From Candidatus Saccharimonadota bacterium (GTDB lineage Archaea > Micrarchaeota > Micrarchaeia > Micrarchaeales > Micrarchaeaceae), in assembly GCA_963705375.1 (NCBI GenBank), contig OY970071.1, positions 180,001-212,000 of the forward strand: DNA of 32,000 nucleotides. Reading direction: 5' to 3'. Numbering within the stretch: the stretch's first letter is position 1; every line of letters begins with the position of its first letter. Positions 1 through 9,081 of the stretch are shown here, piece after piece. The position numbers were made by a program, and so were the translations under genes. Below the pieces are notes generated by a model. The model searched no databases, was not told the origin of the DNA, and saw only the letters and a program-made list of their open reading frames with translations.

Positions 1-1
1 A

Positions 2-283
2 CTCGCTGAGCGCCTGCCAGCCAACATATACTGCTACTGTTGTAGCCGTAACAAGCGACAAAGATAGCACTACGAAACCGTACATTGGGACGCCGCCAAA
101 TACAAAACGAGAAGAAACCAGGCCTGCTACTGCCACAATAAGGCTATACGACAATCTGCCGAATATGTTCTTGGCGTGTCTGCCTTTTGCACCCTGCACA
201 GACTCTGCAGCGAACTTCTTGCTCGCTATCACAAAAGGATCAATTCCCACTCTGCCGCTTTCGGTTACGAAGTTGATCACCAT
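2..283 (-). CDS. Membrane protein, C-terminal part cut off by the window edge (first 94 aa present)
   Basis: Manual minus-strand translation from the ATG at 283-281 gives MVINFVTESGRVGIDPFVIASKKFAAESVQGAKGRHAKNIFGRLSYSLIVAVAGLVSSRFVFGGVPMYGFVVLSLSLVTATTVAVYVGWQALSE, with no stop before position 2. It has two hydrophobic helices and starts 8 nt after the lemA stop on the same strand. It is absent from the ORF track because it is open-ended. Confidence 0.45.
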   Translation of the reverse strand, partial: MVINFVTESGRVGIDPFVIASKKFAAESVQGAKGRHAKNIFGRLSYSLIVAVAGLVSSRFVFGGVPMYGFVVLSLSLVTATTVAVYVGWQALSE

Positions 284-291
284 ACGCGCAC

Positions 292-861
292 TCAAACATC
301 ACTAGAAACTTTGACGTTTTTCTTTTCTGCCTCAGAGGTTTGGAGGAACTGTAGTTTTGAATACCCCAACACTTTAGCGAAAAAATCATACGGGATTTGC
401 TCTATTCTTGTGTTGAACGCGTTCACTGAATCGTTGTAGAATTCCCGCCTGTCTGCTATCTGGTCTTCTACCTCAGTTATTGTTTTCTGAAGTTGCAGGA
501 AGTTCTGGTCTGCCTTGAGGTCCGGATAGTTTTCCGAGACCGCAAAGATGCTCTTCAGCGCAGCGGATATCTTATTCGACGTACCCATCCTCTGGTCAAG
601 GCTGGCGTCGCTGTTCTGCGACCATTGGATCCGCAACGAGGTTATGGAGGTCAGAAGTGTTTTCTCATAATTCTTGTAACCCTTGACAACGTCTATCAGC
701 TCACCTATAAGGTCATGCCTTTTCTTGAGCAGGACGTCTATGTCCGCATATGCGGCGTTGATGTTGTTTCTAAGAACGACAAGAGCATTGTACACCAGAA
801 CTACGCAAACTGCCAGGATAAGCAGCACAAAACTGGCAACAATAGGAAGTAATGGGAGCAT
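292..861 (-). CDS. lemA: LemA family membrane protein
   Basis: 189 aa with an N-terminal TM helix (LLPIVASFVLLILAVCVVLVY) followed by NALVVLRNNINAAYADIDVLLKKRHDLIGELIDVVKGY...ENYPDLKADQNFLQLQ...EDQIADRREFYNDSVNAFN. This is the characteristic LemA pattern, recognised from memory. Confidence 0.85.
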   Translation of the reverse strand: MLPLLPIVASFVLLILAVCVVLVYNALVVLRNNINAAYADIDVLLKKRHDLIGELIDVVKGYKNYEKTLLTSITSLRIQWSQNSDASLDQRMGTSNKISAALKSIFAVSENYPDLKADQNFLQLQKTITEVEDQIADRREFYNDSVNAFNTRIEQIPYDFFAKVLGYSKLQFLQTSEAEKKNVKVSSDV

Positions 862-1010
862 TACAACACATCAGTAGTTGATTGCGACAGCAGTAATAAA
901 TAACTGTGAGGTGGCGTCTGCAATTTCGACAGATGCAGATGGAGATCAATGCTCTGATTCTTAAGATTTTGCAGTGCATCATAACTCGGCCTTCCGGCGC
1001 AAGTGCAGGC

Positions 1011-1994
1011 ATGAATGTCATAGACGTAAGAAACATCAGGAAGCAGTTCAAGACATACGAGAGCAGGGGCACTGCAGGCATACTGCCTTTTGGCAGAAGA
1101 TGGTACTATAAGAAAGCACTCAATGGCGTCAATTTTAGCATAAAGAAGGGCGAGATCGTTGCGCTGCTGGGAAAGAACGGCAGCGGTAAGAGCACACTTG
1201 TAAAGACAATGTGCGGCATACTCCATCCTGATTCTGGAAAAGCAAGAGTGCTCGGCTTCGATCCGTGGAAAAACAGAATAGACATGGTGCGGAACATGGG
1301 CGTTGTTCTTGGCGCACACGGCCAGTTAATGTGGAATCTGCCTGCACTGGACACTTTTGAGCTGATGAGGCACATATACAAGATACCGCAAGAGGATTTC
1401 AGGAAGCGCCTAGATTACTTTCTGGGAATTCTTGATCTAGAAGAAGTGTACAGGAGACAGGTTCGCACGCTCTCTCTTGGAGAGCAGATGAAATGTAACT
1501 TTGTCGCGTCCGTGCTGCATTCGCCAGAGCTGGTAATACTGGATGAGCCCACGATAGGTGTGGACTTGCCATCGAAGCAGGCGCTCAAGGAGATGATCGT
1601 CACAATGAACAAGAAGAACGGAACAACGTTCATGCTTACAACACACATAGTTGAGGACCTTACAATGGCGGGGCGCATACTGGTGCTTGACAGAGGCCGT
1701 GTTATCTTTGATGGATCTAGGCGCAGGCTTGAGACCTTCTTCGGAAACAAAAGAGTGCTGCACATCAAATTCATAGGCAAGCCGAATTACTCGTCGTATG
1801 CAAAATATGGAAAGATAACCGAAATAAAGAATGATTATTTGAGAATGCTTGTGAATCAGAGTGTGCTGACCAAGAATGATTTTACCGAAATGCTGTCCAA
1901 AAAGAATGTATTGGATTACGACGTTAGCGAACAAGGGCTAAGCACAATACTGATGAAACTCTACGGAAGCGCGGAAAAGAAAAAGAAGGTCTGA
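1011..1994 (+). CDS. ABC transporter ATP-binding protein (ABC-2 type, COG4586-like)
   Basis: Walker A GKNGSGKST, signature LSLGEQMK, Walker B LVILDEPT. I prefer the ATG at 1011 (MNVIDVRNIRKQF, a typical ABC N-terminus) over the ORF-track start at 906, which adds 35 non-conserved residues. Confidence 0.9.
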   Translation: MNVIDVRNIRKQFKTYESRGTAGILPFGRRWYYKKALNGVNFSIKKGEIVALLGKNGSGKSTLVKTMCGILHPDSGKARVLGFDPWKNRIDMVRNMGVVLGAHGQLMWNLPALDTFELMRHIYKIPQEDFRKRLDYFLGILDLEEVYRRQVRTLSLGEQMKCNFVASVLHSPELVILDEPTIGVDLPSKQALKEMIVTMNKKNGTTFMLTTHIVEDLTMAGRILVLDRGRVIFDGSRRRLETFFGNKRVLHIKFIGKPNYSSYAKYGKITEIKNDYLRMLVNQSVLTKNDFTEMLSKKNVLDYDVSEQGLSTILMKLYGSAEKKKKV

Positions 1995-1999
1995 GATTG

Positions 2000-2803
2000 A
2001 TGAGCAGCAACGCAAATGCATACTTTGCAATCTTCAGGACGGAACTCAAGACTGCGACAGTATACTTGATGGGCTTCCTGATAAACATTTTCTCAAAAAT
2101 AGTCAGGCCCCTTATCATGCTCGTCGTATGGACTGCGATATTCACGAACACGCACACGTCAACAATAGGTGGCTTCACGCTCTCCGCAACATACGCCTAT
2201 TTTTTTGTAATATCTTTCCTTAGCATAATTTTCGGAACAAGCGTAGACCAGCACATGAGTGATGACGTTCAGAATGGGGCGATTTCTTCAATACTTACGA
2301 AACCCGTAAGGTATCCGCTAACCCTATTGGCGACAGAGCTGGGAGACAGGGTTTTTGATGTTCTACTGGTAGCAGTGCCGCTCACAGCGATAACACTGTT
2401 GGTCACGCGCATATCGATAACACCGACTGTTGCGGCGCTGCTTGGCATTGAGATACTGATAGGGTACTCATTGCAGAATGTGCTCGCATTCTTGATAGGC
2501 ACGTTCGCAGTCTACTTCATAAACATAGACGGCTTTTCGAGCATGATATGGACAGTCGAAGGTGCGCTTGCAGGCAGTATGATTCCGCTAAACTTCTTCC
2601 CCTCATATGCACAGCACATTCTGTTTCTGTTGCCGTTCCAGATAGTGACATACCTGCCAGCAGTCACTCTCCTTGGTTACGTAAGCTTCAACAACGCACT
2701 TATGGGCATAGCGTGTGCGATGGCCTGGACGCTGGCGCTGAGCATACTAGCGTATTTCTGGTGGGGGCACGTCTCAACGAAAATAAGCGCGGTTGGTGGC
2801 TAG
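2000..2803 (+). CDS. ABC-2 family permease (ABC2_membrane_6 / COG4587-like)
   Basis: About 267 aa polytopic membrane protein (at least 6 hydrophobic helices). The ATG at 2000 lies 5 nt after the ATPase stop (the ORF-track start at 1997 is TTG). Family assignment is from memory of the COG4586/4587/3694 three-gene arrangement. Confidence 0.75.
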   Translation: MSSNANAYFAIFRTELKTATVYLMGFLINIFSKIVRPLIMLVVWTAIFTNTHTSTIGGFTLSATYAYFFVISFLSIIFGTSVDQHMSDDVQNGAISSILTKPVRYPLTLLATELGDRVFDVLLVAVPLTAITLLVTRISITPTVAALLGIEILIGYSLQNVLAFLIGTFAVYFINIDGFSSMIWTVEGALAGSMIPLNFFPSYAQHILFLLPFQIVTYLPAVTLLGYVSFNNALMGIACAMAWTLALSILAYFWWGHVSTKISAVGG

Positions 2804-3598
2804 ATGGCAACGGACATCAAAGATGCAATAGCATATTACGTGAAGTGCCAATACTATAACACCAAGTCATTTCTTGCCTACGGATTTCAGGCAGCGTTCT
2901 TCATAATACAGAACTTCATTAGCATAGCGATGACGATCATCACCATATCTGTCATCTACAGCATATCAAAAGGAATAGCGGGATGGAGCTACTTCCAGCT
3001 ACTGTTCCTTACGAATCTGACGGGTCTGACGTTTGGACTGGCAGTCCTACTTTCAAATCCGAATGCACTGCCGCGAGTATTGAGAGAGGGCAGGATCGAC
3101 ACATATCTCACCAAGCCGTATGGGAAGCTCACGTTGTTGGCTGCCAATTCGGGGGCAGGGTCTTACCTATTTTCCTATATACTTGGCGGCACAATGATCT
3201 TGGCATATATCGGAATTCACCTGCACATCACAGCATCTGAACTGCTTAGCTTCGCTTTGCTGTACATATTCGGAGTTGCGGCATTAAGCATGCTGCTCTT
3301 GCTTCTTGGGCTTTTAGCATACATGTTGCTGAAAACTGGCGACTTTTACGATTCGCTGATGAGGTCGCTGCGCAGTCTGTCGAGCTATCCGCTAAACATA
3401 TACGGAATTCCGATACAGACAGTGTTCTCGCTTCTTATTCCGGTAGGCATAGCCACATACTATCCTGCAGAAACGCTTCTGGGCATCATCAAGCCAGAGT
3501 ATTATGCTGCATGCCTGGCAATAGCATTGTTTTTCATAATAGTGTGTTATAAGTCATTCAACTACCTCATGCGCTTCTACGAGAGCGGAGGAGGATAA
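2804..3598 (+). CDS. ABC-2 family permease, second subunit (COG3694-like)
   Basis: 264 aa polytopic membrane protein. Its ATG directly abuts the upstream stop (tag|atg at 2801-2806). It ends ...RFYESGGG, similar to the upstream permease, which ends ...AVGG. Confidence 0.75.
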   Translation: MATDIKDAIAYYVKCQYYNTKSFLAYGFQAAFFIIQNFISIAMTIITISVIYSISKGIAGWSYFQLLFLTNLTGLTFGLAVLLSNPNALPRVLREGRIDTYLTKPYGKLTLLAANSGAGSYLFSYILGGTMILAYIGIHLHITASELLSFALLYIFGVAALSMLLLLLGLLAYMLLKTGDFYDSLMRSLRSLSSYPLNIYGIPIQTVFSLLIPVGIATYYPAETLLGIIKPEYYAACLAIALFFIIVCYKSFNYLMRFYESGGG

Positions 3599-3599
3599 A

Positions 3600-4742
3600 A
3601 TGCCGATTATTTGTCCACGATGCGGAGCTCACAATAGCCTCTCAGCAGCTTCCTGCTACAGGTGCGGAATGTATCTGGCCCATAAGCCAAAAAAGATACT
3701 GCATCACGTCCCGTCAGGGCGTGTAGCCCCAAAAAGGGAGATACTTGCCGCAATACTAACCATAATGGCGGTCGGGGCCGTAATCGCTTTGGCGTTCGCA
3801 TTCATGCGGGTCATGCTGAACACGGCCACTACTTCGGCCGAGTTTACAACAACAAGCCCTGCCGTGACGCACACAACTGAAGAGTACACCACCACGTATA
3901 CGACCACAACCTATCAAACTTCATCGACCGTGACACCGACGCAAAACGGCAATCTCAATTTTGCATTTACTCTCTTGAACGGAACCCAAGGATCGTGGGC
4001 ATTCCCGATTTCGACTTATGATTATTATGTGCAAAAGGCAAGAATATCTCCGATCTTGCACTTCAATATCAGCGGAAAGTGGTATGAATATCCAGACTAC
4101 AGAGCAGTGGTCACGCCAAGCCTCTTCGCAGGTGTCGTCCCTACGCTAACAAAAGGTAGAACGGCAGGACAATTTGTGGATGAAGTCATAAACATCAAGA
4201 ACCAGATTACGACGTACAGCACAGTATTCTTAAACGAATCAACATATCCTGCAGAGATACTGGGCTCCAGAAGCGGAGATTGTAAGGATTTTGGAGTGCT
4301 GATGGCAAGCATTCTGGAAGCGGGCAATATTCAGGCAGGATATGGGATGAGACTCCAGTTTGTTTACGTCAATGCAGAACATTTAAGCAGTCAGAACCAG
4401 ATCCCAAATCATCTGATATTGTACATAGAATACGCCAATGGGACTACGGCCTTTGTTGACACAACCAACATACTGGAATATCAGAATTTTGTGAGAGGCA
4501 CCATATACGGCTGGTATGAGAACCTGACTTGCACGATGAGCGGCTGCCAAACGCAGACGTTGTGTTCTGGAGCATACTGTGACGGGGTCTTTTACTACAC
4601 GAGTGAGACGCATTACAACTATTGCGCAAACGCTTCATATGTCACAGGCCCGGATGACACATGCCACCCGTCATGCGGCGTTTGGGGATATTACTGCAGC
4701 ACAGGATATTCTTGCTCGAGTGATGGCTATTGTGTTTCTTGA
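3600..4742 (+). CDS. Membrane-anchored protein with a zinc ribbon, one TM helix, a Thr-rich linker, a transglutaminase-like Cys-His-Asp core and a Cys-rich C-terminal module
   Basis: N-terminal CPRCG..x13..CYRCG zinc ribbon. K/R-rich segment, then TM helix ILAAILTIMAVGAVIALAFAF. Linker TTTSPAVTHTTEEYTTTYTTTTYQTSSTVTPT. The core GDCKDFGVLMASILEAGNI...NHLILYIEY...FVDTTN matches the transglutaminase-like C...H...D arrangement. The last ~70 aa contain about 12 Cys. The start is 1 nt after the permease stop. Confidence 0.7.
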   Translation: MPIICPRCGAHNSLSAASCYRCGMYLAHKPKKILHHVPSGRVAPKREILAAILTIMAVGAVIALAFAFMRVMLNTATTSAEFTTTSPAVTHTTEEYTTTYTTTTYQTSSTVTPTQNGNLNFAFTLLNGTQGSWAFPISTYDYYVQKARISPILHFNISGKWYEYPDYRAVVTPSLFAGVVPTLTKGRTAGQFVDEVINIKNQITTYSTVFLNESTYPAEILGSRSGDCKDFGVLMASILEAGNIQAGYGMRLQFVYVNAEHLSSQNQIPNHLILYIEYANGTTAFVDTTNILEYQNFVRGTIYGWYENLTCTMSGCQTQTLCSGAYCDGVFYYTSETHYNYCANASYVTGPDDTCHPSCGVWGYYCSTGYSCSSDGYCVS

Positions 4743-4834
4743 ACGAACCAAGCCGGATAGAACCAGAAGATTATTTCGGATTCTCGCTTCGTAGAAGAAG
4801 GAGCAGTTTAACAGCGCTGCTCAGCACCTTCGTA

Positions 4835-5791
4835 TTATAATTGTCTTCTTATCTGCCTTAGCCCGTCAACGATCCTTTGCTGCCGTTCAAGCGCAGCCAG
4901 GAGCGCGTCTGTAGGTTCGAGAAGAACATTGTGATGGTCTGCACCTATGCAGTGGTTGTCCCGGATGTAGACAAACAAATCAGAAACTCTTTTTAGGGCA
5001 CTCACTTCATTCTCATGGATCCTCTCAATTTTTCTAATCTTACGGGATGTCGAAGAAAAAGAGATGGCAGTATTGTCGAGTTCAGCACCTGACTGACGGT
5101 CTGCAGCAACACCTAAGGGCTTTCTGGTCCAGCCATCCGTTTCAAGACTTTCTAATGCAGAAACGGCATCGCGCGTCAAAGAAGCTTCCATAGCACCCCT
5201 CATCAAGCGTGCGTTCTTGATATGGTGACCGTACTCTTGCCCTGCTTCAAGACCAAAAATAAAGTCCATATACGCCCTCTGGGCAGACTCGTAAGCATTA
5301 TAATGGATGGGATCTATCTCAATGTCTTTCTTTACTGTATCGCGCACTATTTCCTTAGTCGTGCTGCTGAGAACTTCATTATTCAAGAAAAGCACGTGTG
5401 ATGGATCAGAAGAGTCTGTAATTGAAACTACTTTTGTGAGATTGTAGTGCTTGTGGTCAGGGCCCAATTCTATGTATGGAATTGCTCCATGCCATACGAT
5501 GCCAGTAACTGGCGCACTCAAAACACATACGTCATTGTCATCATAAACAGGGCCTTCCGTATTAAGCAGTACGACATCTATCAGTGGCACGTCTTCTCCT
5601 TTCTTCATGTGCCTTATATTGGCTTTCGCGAGCTTTTCCAGGTGTGCAAGAGAATCAAGCCTGCCTTCTGGCGTGTCGAGCTGAGCGAGTGCCGAGTGTG
5701 CGGTCTTGTGCTTCGTCATTGCATCAAATAGTGTTGCATAGCCCAAGTACTTATATGCTGCTTTTTTGTGCATGTACATACTTTCATACAT
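4835..5791 (-). CDS. Hypothetical protein (318 aa, no recognised domain)
   Basis: Long uninterrupted ORF with non-repetitive, balanced composition. It converges on the upstream operon and is divergent from pcm. No motif recognised. Confidence 0.6.
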   Translation of the reverse strand: MYESMYMHKKAAYKYLGYATLFDAMTKHKTAHSALAQLDTPEGRLDSLAHLEKLAKANIRHMKKGEDVPLIDVVLLNTEGPVYDDNDVCVLSAPVTGIVWHGAIPYIELGPDHKHYNLTKVVSITDSSDPSHVLFLNNEVLSSTTKEIVRDTVKKDIEIDPIHYNAYESAQRAYMDFIFGLEAGQEYGHHIKNARLMRGAMEASLTRDAVSALESLETDGWTRKPLGVAADRQSGAELDNTAISFSSTSRKIRKIERIHENEVSALKRVSDLFVYIRDNHCIGADHHNVLLEPTDALLAALERQQRIVDGLRQIRRQL

Positions 5792-5872
5792 TCGTGCTCT
5801 TTGATTGTGACTCGTGGCTACAGATTAAGGCAAAATACTTAATTCGAACTATCGTTATACTTCTGTGTTTTT

Positions 5873-6529
5873 GTGAATGAAGAGGCACTGGACCGCAAGT
5901 ATAATGCTTTGATAGACCATCTTATAGAAACTGGAATGCTTAAGACTAGTACAATAATAAGAGCGTTTAGAAGAGCCCAACGCTACAAGTTTACTCCGGA
6001 AGAGTACATGGGCATTTCGAACGAAGACACCCCAATTCAGATAGCAGTTGATTCGACAATATCACAACCTTCCACTGTCGCTGTGATGCTTGAGGAGCTA
6101 AATCCGAAATCCGGAGAGAAGGTCTTGGAAATAGGAACGGGAAGCGGGTGGCAGGCAGCCATACTCTCATTTTGTGTCGGTGCTAAAGGCAAGGTAGTAA
6201 CGGTCGAGATCGACAAAGAGGTTTTCAAGTCAGCCCAAAGAAACATAAACAAGTTTGATGTCGACAATATAGCCATTGTAAATGATGATGGGGCAGAGGG
6301 TTACCCGAAAGAATCACCTTATGACAAGATAATATTTACTGCAGCTTTACCCGAGAGACCGATAACAGTCATGAAGCAGCTTAAAATAGGAGGCATATTG
6401 ATCGCACCTGTAGGAGATTATCCGCAGACAATGGTCGTGCTCACCAAGATTTCAGACAGCAAGTATGGAGAAAAAGACATAAACTCGTTTTTATTTGTCC
6501 AGATAAAACGAGCTGGTTCGACCAAATAA
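5873..6529 (+). CDS. pcm: Protein-L-isoaspartate O-methyltransferase
   Basis: SAM motif I VLEIGTGSGWQAA, TISQPSTVAVMLE, GKVVTVEI, DDGAEGYP...YDKIIFTAA, LKIGGILIAPVG. The start is GTG at 5873. The N-terminal helix ALIDHLIETGMLK aligns with the PCMT family, so the later ATG (M22) is less likely. Confidence 0.9.
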   Translation: MNEEALDRKYNALIDHLIETGMLKTSTIIRAFRRAQRYKFTPEEYMGISNEDTPIQIAVDSTISQPSTVAVMLEELNPKSGEKVLEIGTGSGWQAAILSFCVGAKGKVVTVEIDKEVFKSAQRNINKFDVDNIAIVNDDGAEGYPKESPYDKIIFTAALPERPITVMKQLKIGGILIAPVGDYPQTMVVLTKISDSKYGEKDINSFLFVQIKRAGSTK

Positions 6530-6578
6530 TGGGCAGAAGAGCACTTATTCCACAGGAATTACCCTCTACGCGTTACCG

Positions 6579-6941
6579 TCAATATTCAGTATATTTCTTG
6601 TTTGTTCCTTTTGACTTTGCAATTGGATACTTCAAGCCTGTATCTGCCATTTTGCTCTTGAATGCTTCAGACATGTCTATGCCATACATCTGGGCCATCA
6701 GGCATATGTTGAACAGCACGTCTGAGAGCTCGTCGCGCACATGCTTTGCGAACTTCTTATCCTTGAGAAGTTCCAGCGCCTCTCGCTCGGTAACGAAACG
6801 GAACGGCTCTAGGAGCTCTGACGCTTCAAGCGCAGTGCTTATTGCCAGGTTCTTCGGGTTATGGTACTTTGACCAATCTCTTGCCTTGCAGAACTTCACT
6901 GAAGCGTCTTTTATCTCCTGAAGGGTCACATCGTCGTCCAT
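6579..6941 (-). CDS. MazG-like / DCTPP1-like all-alpha nucleoside triphosphate pyrophosphohydrolase
   Basis: 120 aa. ...FCKARDWSKYHNPKNLAISTALEASELLEPFRF...ELSDVLFNICLMAQMYGIDM matches the MazG-type EExxE/D four-helix motif pattern (from memory). Confidence 0.8.
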   Translation of the reverse strand: MDDDVTLQEIKDASVKFCKARDWSKYHNPKNLAISTALEASELLEPFRFVTEREALELLKDKKFAKHVRDELSDVLFNICLMAQMYGIDMSEAFKSKMADTGLKYPIAKSKGTNKKYTEY

Positions 6942-6980
6942 AAAACAACCTCACGGTACAGTACAGTATCACAAAAGAAA

Positions 6981-7000
6981 GATATATATATTATAAAAAG
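6981..7000. promoter_or_regulatory. A/T-rich TATA-like element in an 81-bp divergent intergenic region (MazG-like gene / orphan at 7023)
   Basis: gatatatatattataaaaag lies about 25-40 nt upstream of both divergent start codons (6941 minus, 7023 plus). This spacing fits archaeal TATA boxes driving leaderless or short-leader mRNAs. Confidence 0.4.
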
Positions 7001-7022
7001 CTGACAGAGTCCCGTGATTTGA

Positions 7023-7547
7023 ATGGCAGAACAGCCAAAACAAAAACTAGCAGTGCAAAAAACAGAATCACCGTTCCTAAGACAGGAGCCTTCACCACGG
7101 ACACAGGCAGAAATGATGAAGAACATGCCAGAAGGGACAGACGCTGCGAGCCTCAAGACACTTTTTATCGAGAATGAAGATGTTAAGGACGTACTCTATA
7201 AGCTACTGGCTAATCGAGACAATTGGGTAATGACACCAGATAGAGGCGTGTATTTCAACGGCCCAGCAGAGCTATCCAGCGACGGGACGCTGAAGCCATT
7301 GCATACAGGAGAGAAGAAATGGGAAAGCCTCTCTACTGAGGACCAGGATGCGTTCTGGTACGAGTGTGTAAGAACACATCCAGGATCGACAATAATCCTT
7401 ACTCATGGCGGCAAAGGCTGTGACGGTCCAGTCGTAATAGCCTTATCGCAAGATGAAAAACACAGGATTGTTGCGGTGGCGATGGGAGAAGAGTTCAGAG
7501 GCAACGTGCTTTATGTGCCAAAAGACATGCTGAGAACAGAAGAGTAA
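7023..7547 (+). CDS. Hypothetical protein (174 aa)
   Basis: Clean ORF with an ATG start about 25 nt downstream of the TATA-like box. The N-terminus MAEQPKQKLAVQKTESPF resembles the N-terminus of the next gene. Confidence 0.6.
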   Translation: MAEQPKQKLAVQKTESPFLRQEPSPRTQAEMMKNMPEGTDAASLKTLFIENEDVKDVLYKLLANRDNWVMTPDRGVYFNGPAELSSDGTLKPLHTGEKKWESLSTEDQDAFWYECVRTHPGSTIILTHGGKGCDGPVVIALSQDEKHRIVAVAMGEEFRGNVLYVPKDMLRTEE

Positions 7548-7626
7548 CTGGCACATATCTGTTTGAAATACGGGCTATGAAAAGCAACCATGGCCCATTA
7601 CTTTTATTTCTATTGCTCGTGGTGGT

Positions 7627-9039
7627 GTGGCCGAAATAACAAAAGACAAGCAGAAGGCGGATAAGGCACCTTCAGATTCAACAGGCACTAACCCCTCTAA
7701 ACAAGAGTCTCCTTTTGAGCCCAGAATGCAGAGGAACTTCCAAAGGCTAGAGACAATGTTGAGGGACTCTGACAGCTCGTGCAACATAGAGTTGATGGGC
7801 GTCGCACATGTCGGCAGAGCCGGACAGGGGATAATAGACGCTGCAAAGAGCGCCCAAATATTGACTCTGGAGCTTCCAAGAAACATAGTGCATATCGGTC
7901 TTGCAGGAGAGCAGACCAGGATTCTGGAGAAGAATGCATTCTGGCGATCGCTAATAAACGGCATCAGGGACCAGGCAGGCACGCAGATGGTCCGCGGCAT
8001 AGAGGTTAATCAGACGATGCGGATAGCGTACAAGCGGCTGATGCCCCATTATGGGAGCGGAGGCCTCTCACCCTCCATGTACATATTAGAAGTAGAGGAT
8101 ACGCACAACAAAACTCTAGATTTTCTAAAAAAACACAGACTCCTCAGCAAAGATGACCTTTTGGCGCTGCAACAGTACAATTGGGCAATAGTTGACAACA
8201 AAAGACTCTTTTACACAGTATACAATGCGATGAGGGACGTGCTTAAGCACGGAAATAATGAGCACCTAAACAAGCACAGCTTTGACATGCGATGGCACAG
8301 ACACTTCTCCACAGAGCTCCGTCTAGCTGCAATATCAAACGAGATTCCAAAGAATGGCAGGTATCTTACCACGCTGATAAAAGAAGTGGACAGCTCTTTG
8401 GTAAGGTCTAACGCACTCATAGTCAAATCATTGGCAAGAATGAACCTAGGCCTTACGGTATCTGAGAGATATACGATAGGCCTCTGCGCGCTGCAAACAG
8501 TATTGCTTTCCCATGCAGAGCTCAAAGATGCTGAAGAGATATTCACGTGCACTTACCAATATGCCAAGCAGCATGGCGGTGAGAACATACGTCTGCTCCA
8601 CATAGGAGGTGCGGCACACACCGCGCTTATACGAGATATGCTTATGTCCAGCATAAGCGAAGGCTCCAGGATAAACGTTTCTATGATGAATGATCCGCGC
8701 TTTGAGGCTTCTAGCGTAGACGTTATAACTGTGAGCATACCTGCCTTCTTCCGCAGGCACATACCTTTCAACGAACTCCTATCTTCGGTGTGGGCAGACC
8801 ATTATGAGGTTTATGCAGATCCCAAAAACATAGTTAGCATGGTCAGGAAGGCAATAACAGAAAACCTTGCAGAATTCTACAAGATTCTATTCATAGACAG
8901 GATGGTTGGCGGCAAGGATGACACTCTTTCAGACTGCAAGAAAATAAACAAGAAAAAATCAGATCTTGATGCGCTTCCTATCAACGTGCTTTATGCGAAG
9001 TACATGAGAAGTGTGCCAGAGCTTGGAGACAAAGAATGA
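7627..9039 (+). CDS. Hypothetical protein (470 aa, no recognised domain)
   Basis: Long ORF with a GTG start at 7627, about 20 nt downstream of cttttatttctattg (7601-7615). The N-terminus MAEITKDKQKADK...QESPF parallels that of the upstream gene, which supports this start. Confidence 0.6.
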   Translation: MAEITKDKQKADKAPSDSTGTNPSKQESPFEPRMQRNFQRLETMLRDSDSSCNIELMGVAHVGRAGQGIIDAAKSAQILTLELPRNIVHIGLAGEQTRILEKNAFWRSLINGIRDQAGTQMVRGIEVNQTMRIAYKRLMPHYGSGGLSPSMYILEVEDTHNKTLDFLKKHRLLSKDDLLALQQYNWAIVDNKRLFYTVYNAMRDVLKHGNNEHLNKHSFDMRWHRHFSTELRLAAISNEIPKNGRYLTTLIKEVDSSLVRSNALIVKSLARMNLGLTVSERYTIGLCALQTVLLSHAELKDAEEIFTCTYQYAKQHGGENIRLLHIGGAAHTALIRDMLMSSISEGSRINVSMMNDPRFEASSVDVITVSIPAFFRRHIPFNELLSSVWADHYEVYADPKNIVSMVRKAITENLAEFYKILFIDRMVGGKDDTLSDCKKINKKKSDLDALPINVLYAKYMRSVPELGDKE

Positions 9040-9081
9040 CCTCCGGATTACAGAGCATCTGAGTTTGCACGAAGATATTGC

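Noticed and set aside
176-852. Plus-strand ORFs 176-439 and 493-852 (and 683-877)
   Set aside because: They are antisense to lemA and to the open-ended membrane-protein gene, both of which have far better coding character.
906-1010. 35-aa N-terminal extension of the ABC ATPase (track start at 906)
   Set aside because: ABC ATPases typically begin a few residues before the beta-strand (I/V)xxL.K.(F/Y), and MNVIDVRNIRKQF at 1011 fits this. The extension is not conserved-looking.
6529-6921. 130-aa plus-strand ORF immediately after pcm
   Set aside because: It is fully antisense to the MazG-like gene, whose motifs are clear. Its Ser/Arg-rich translation has no features.
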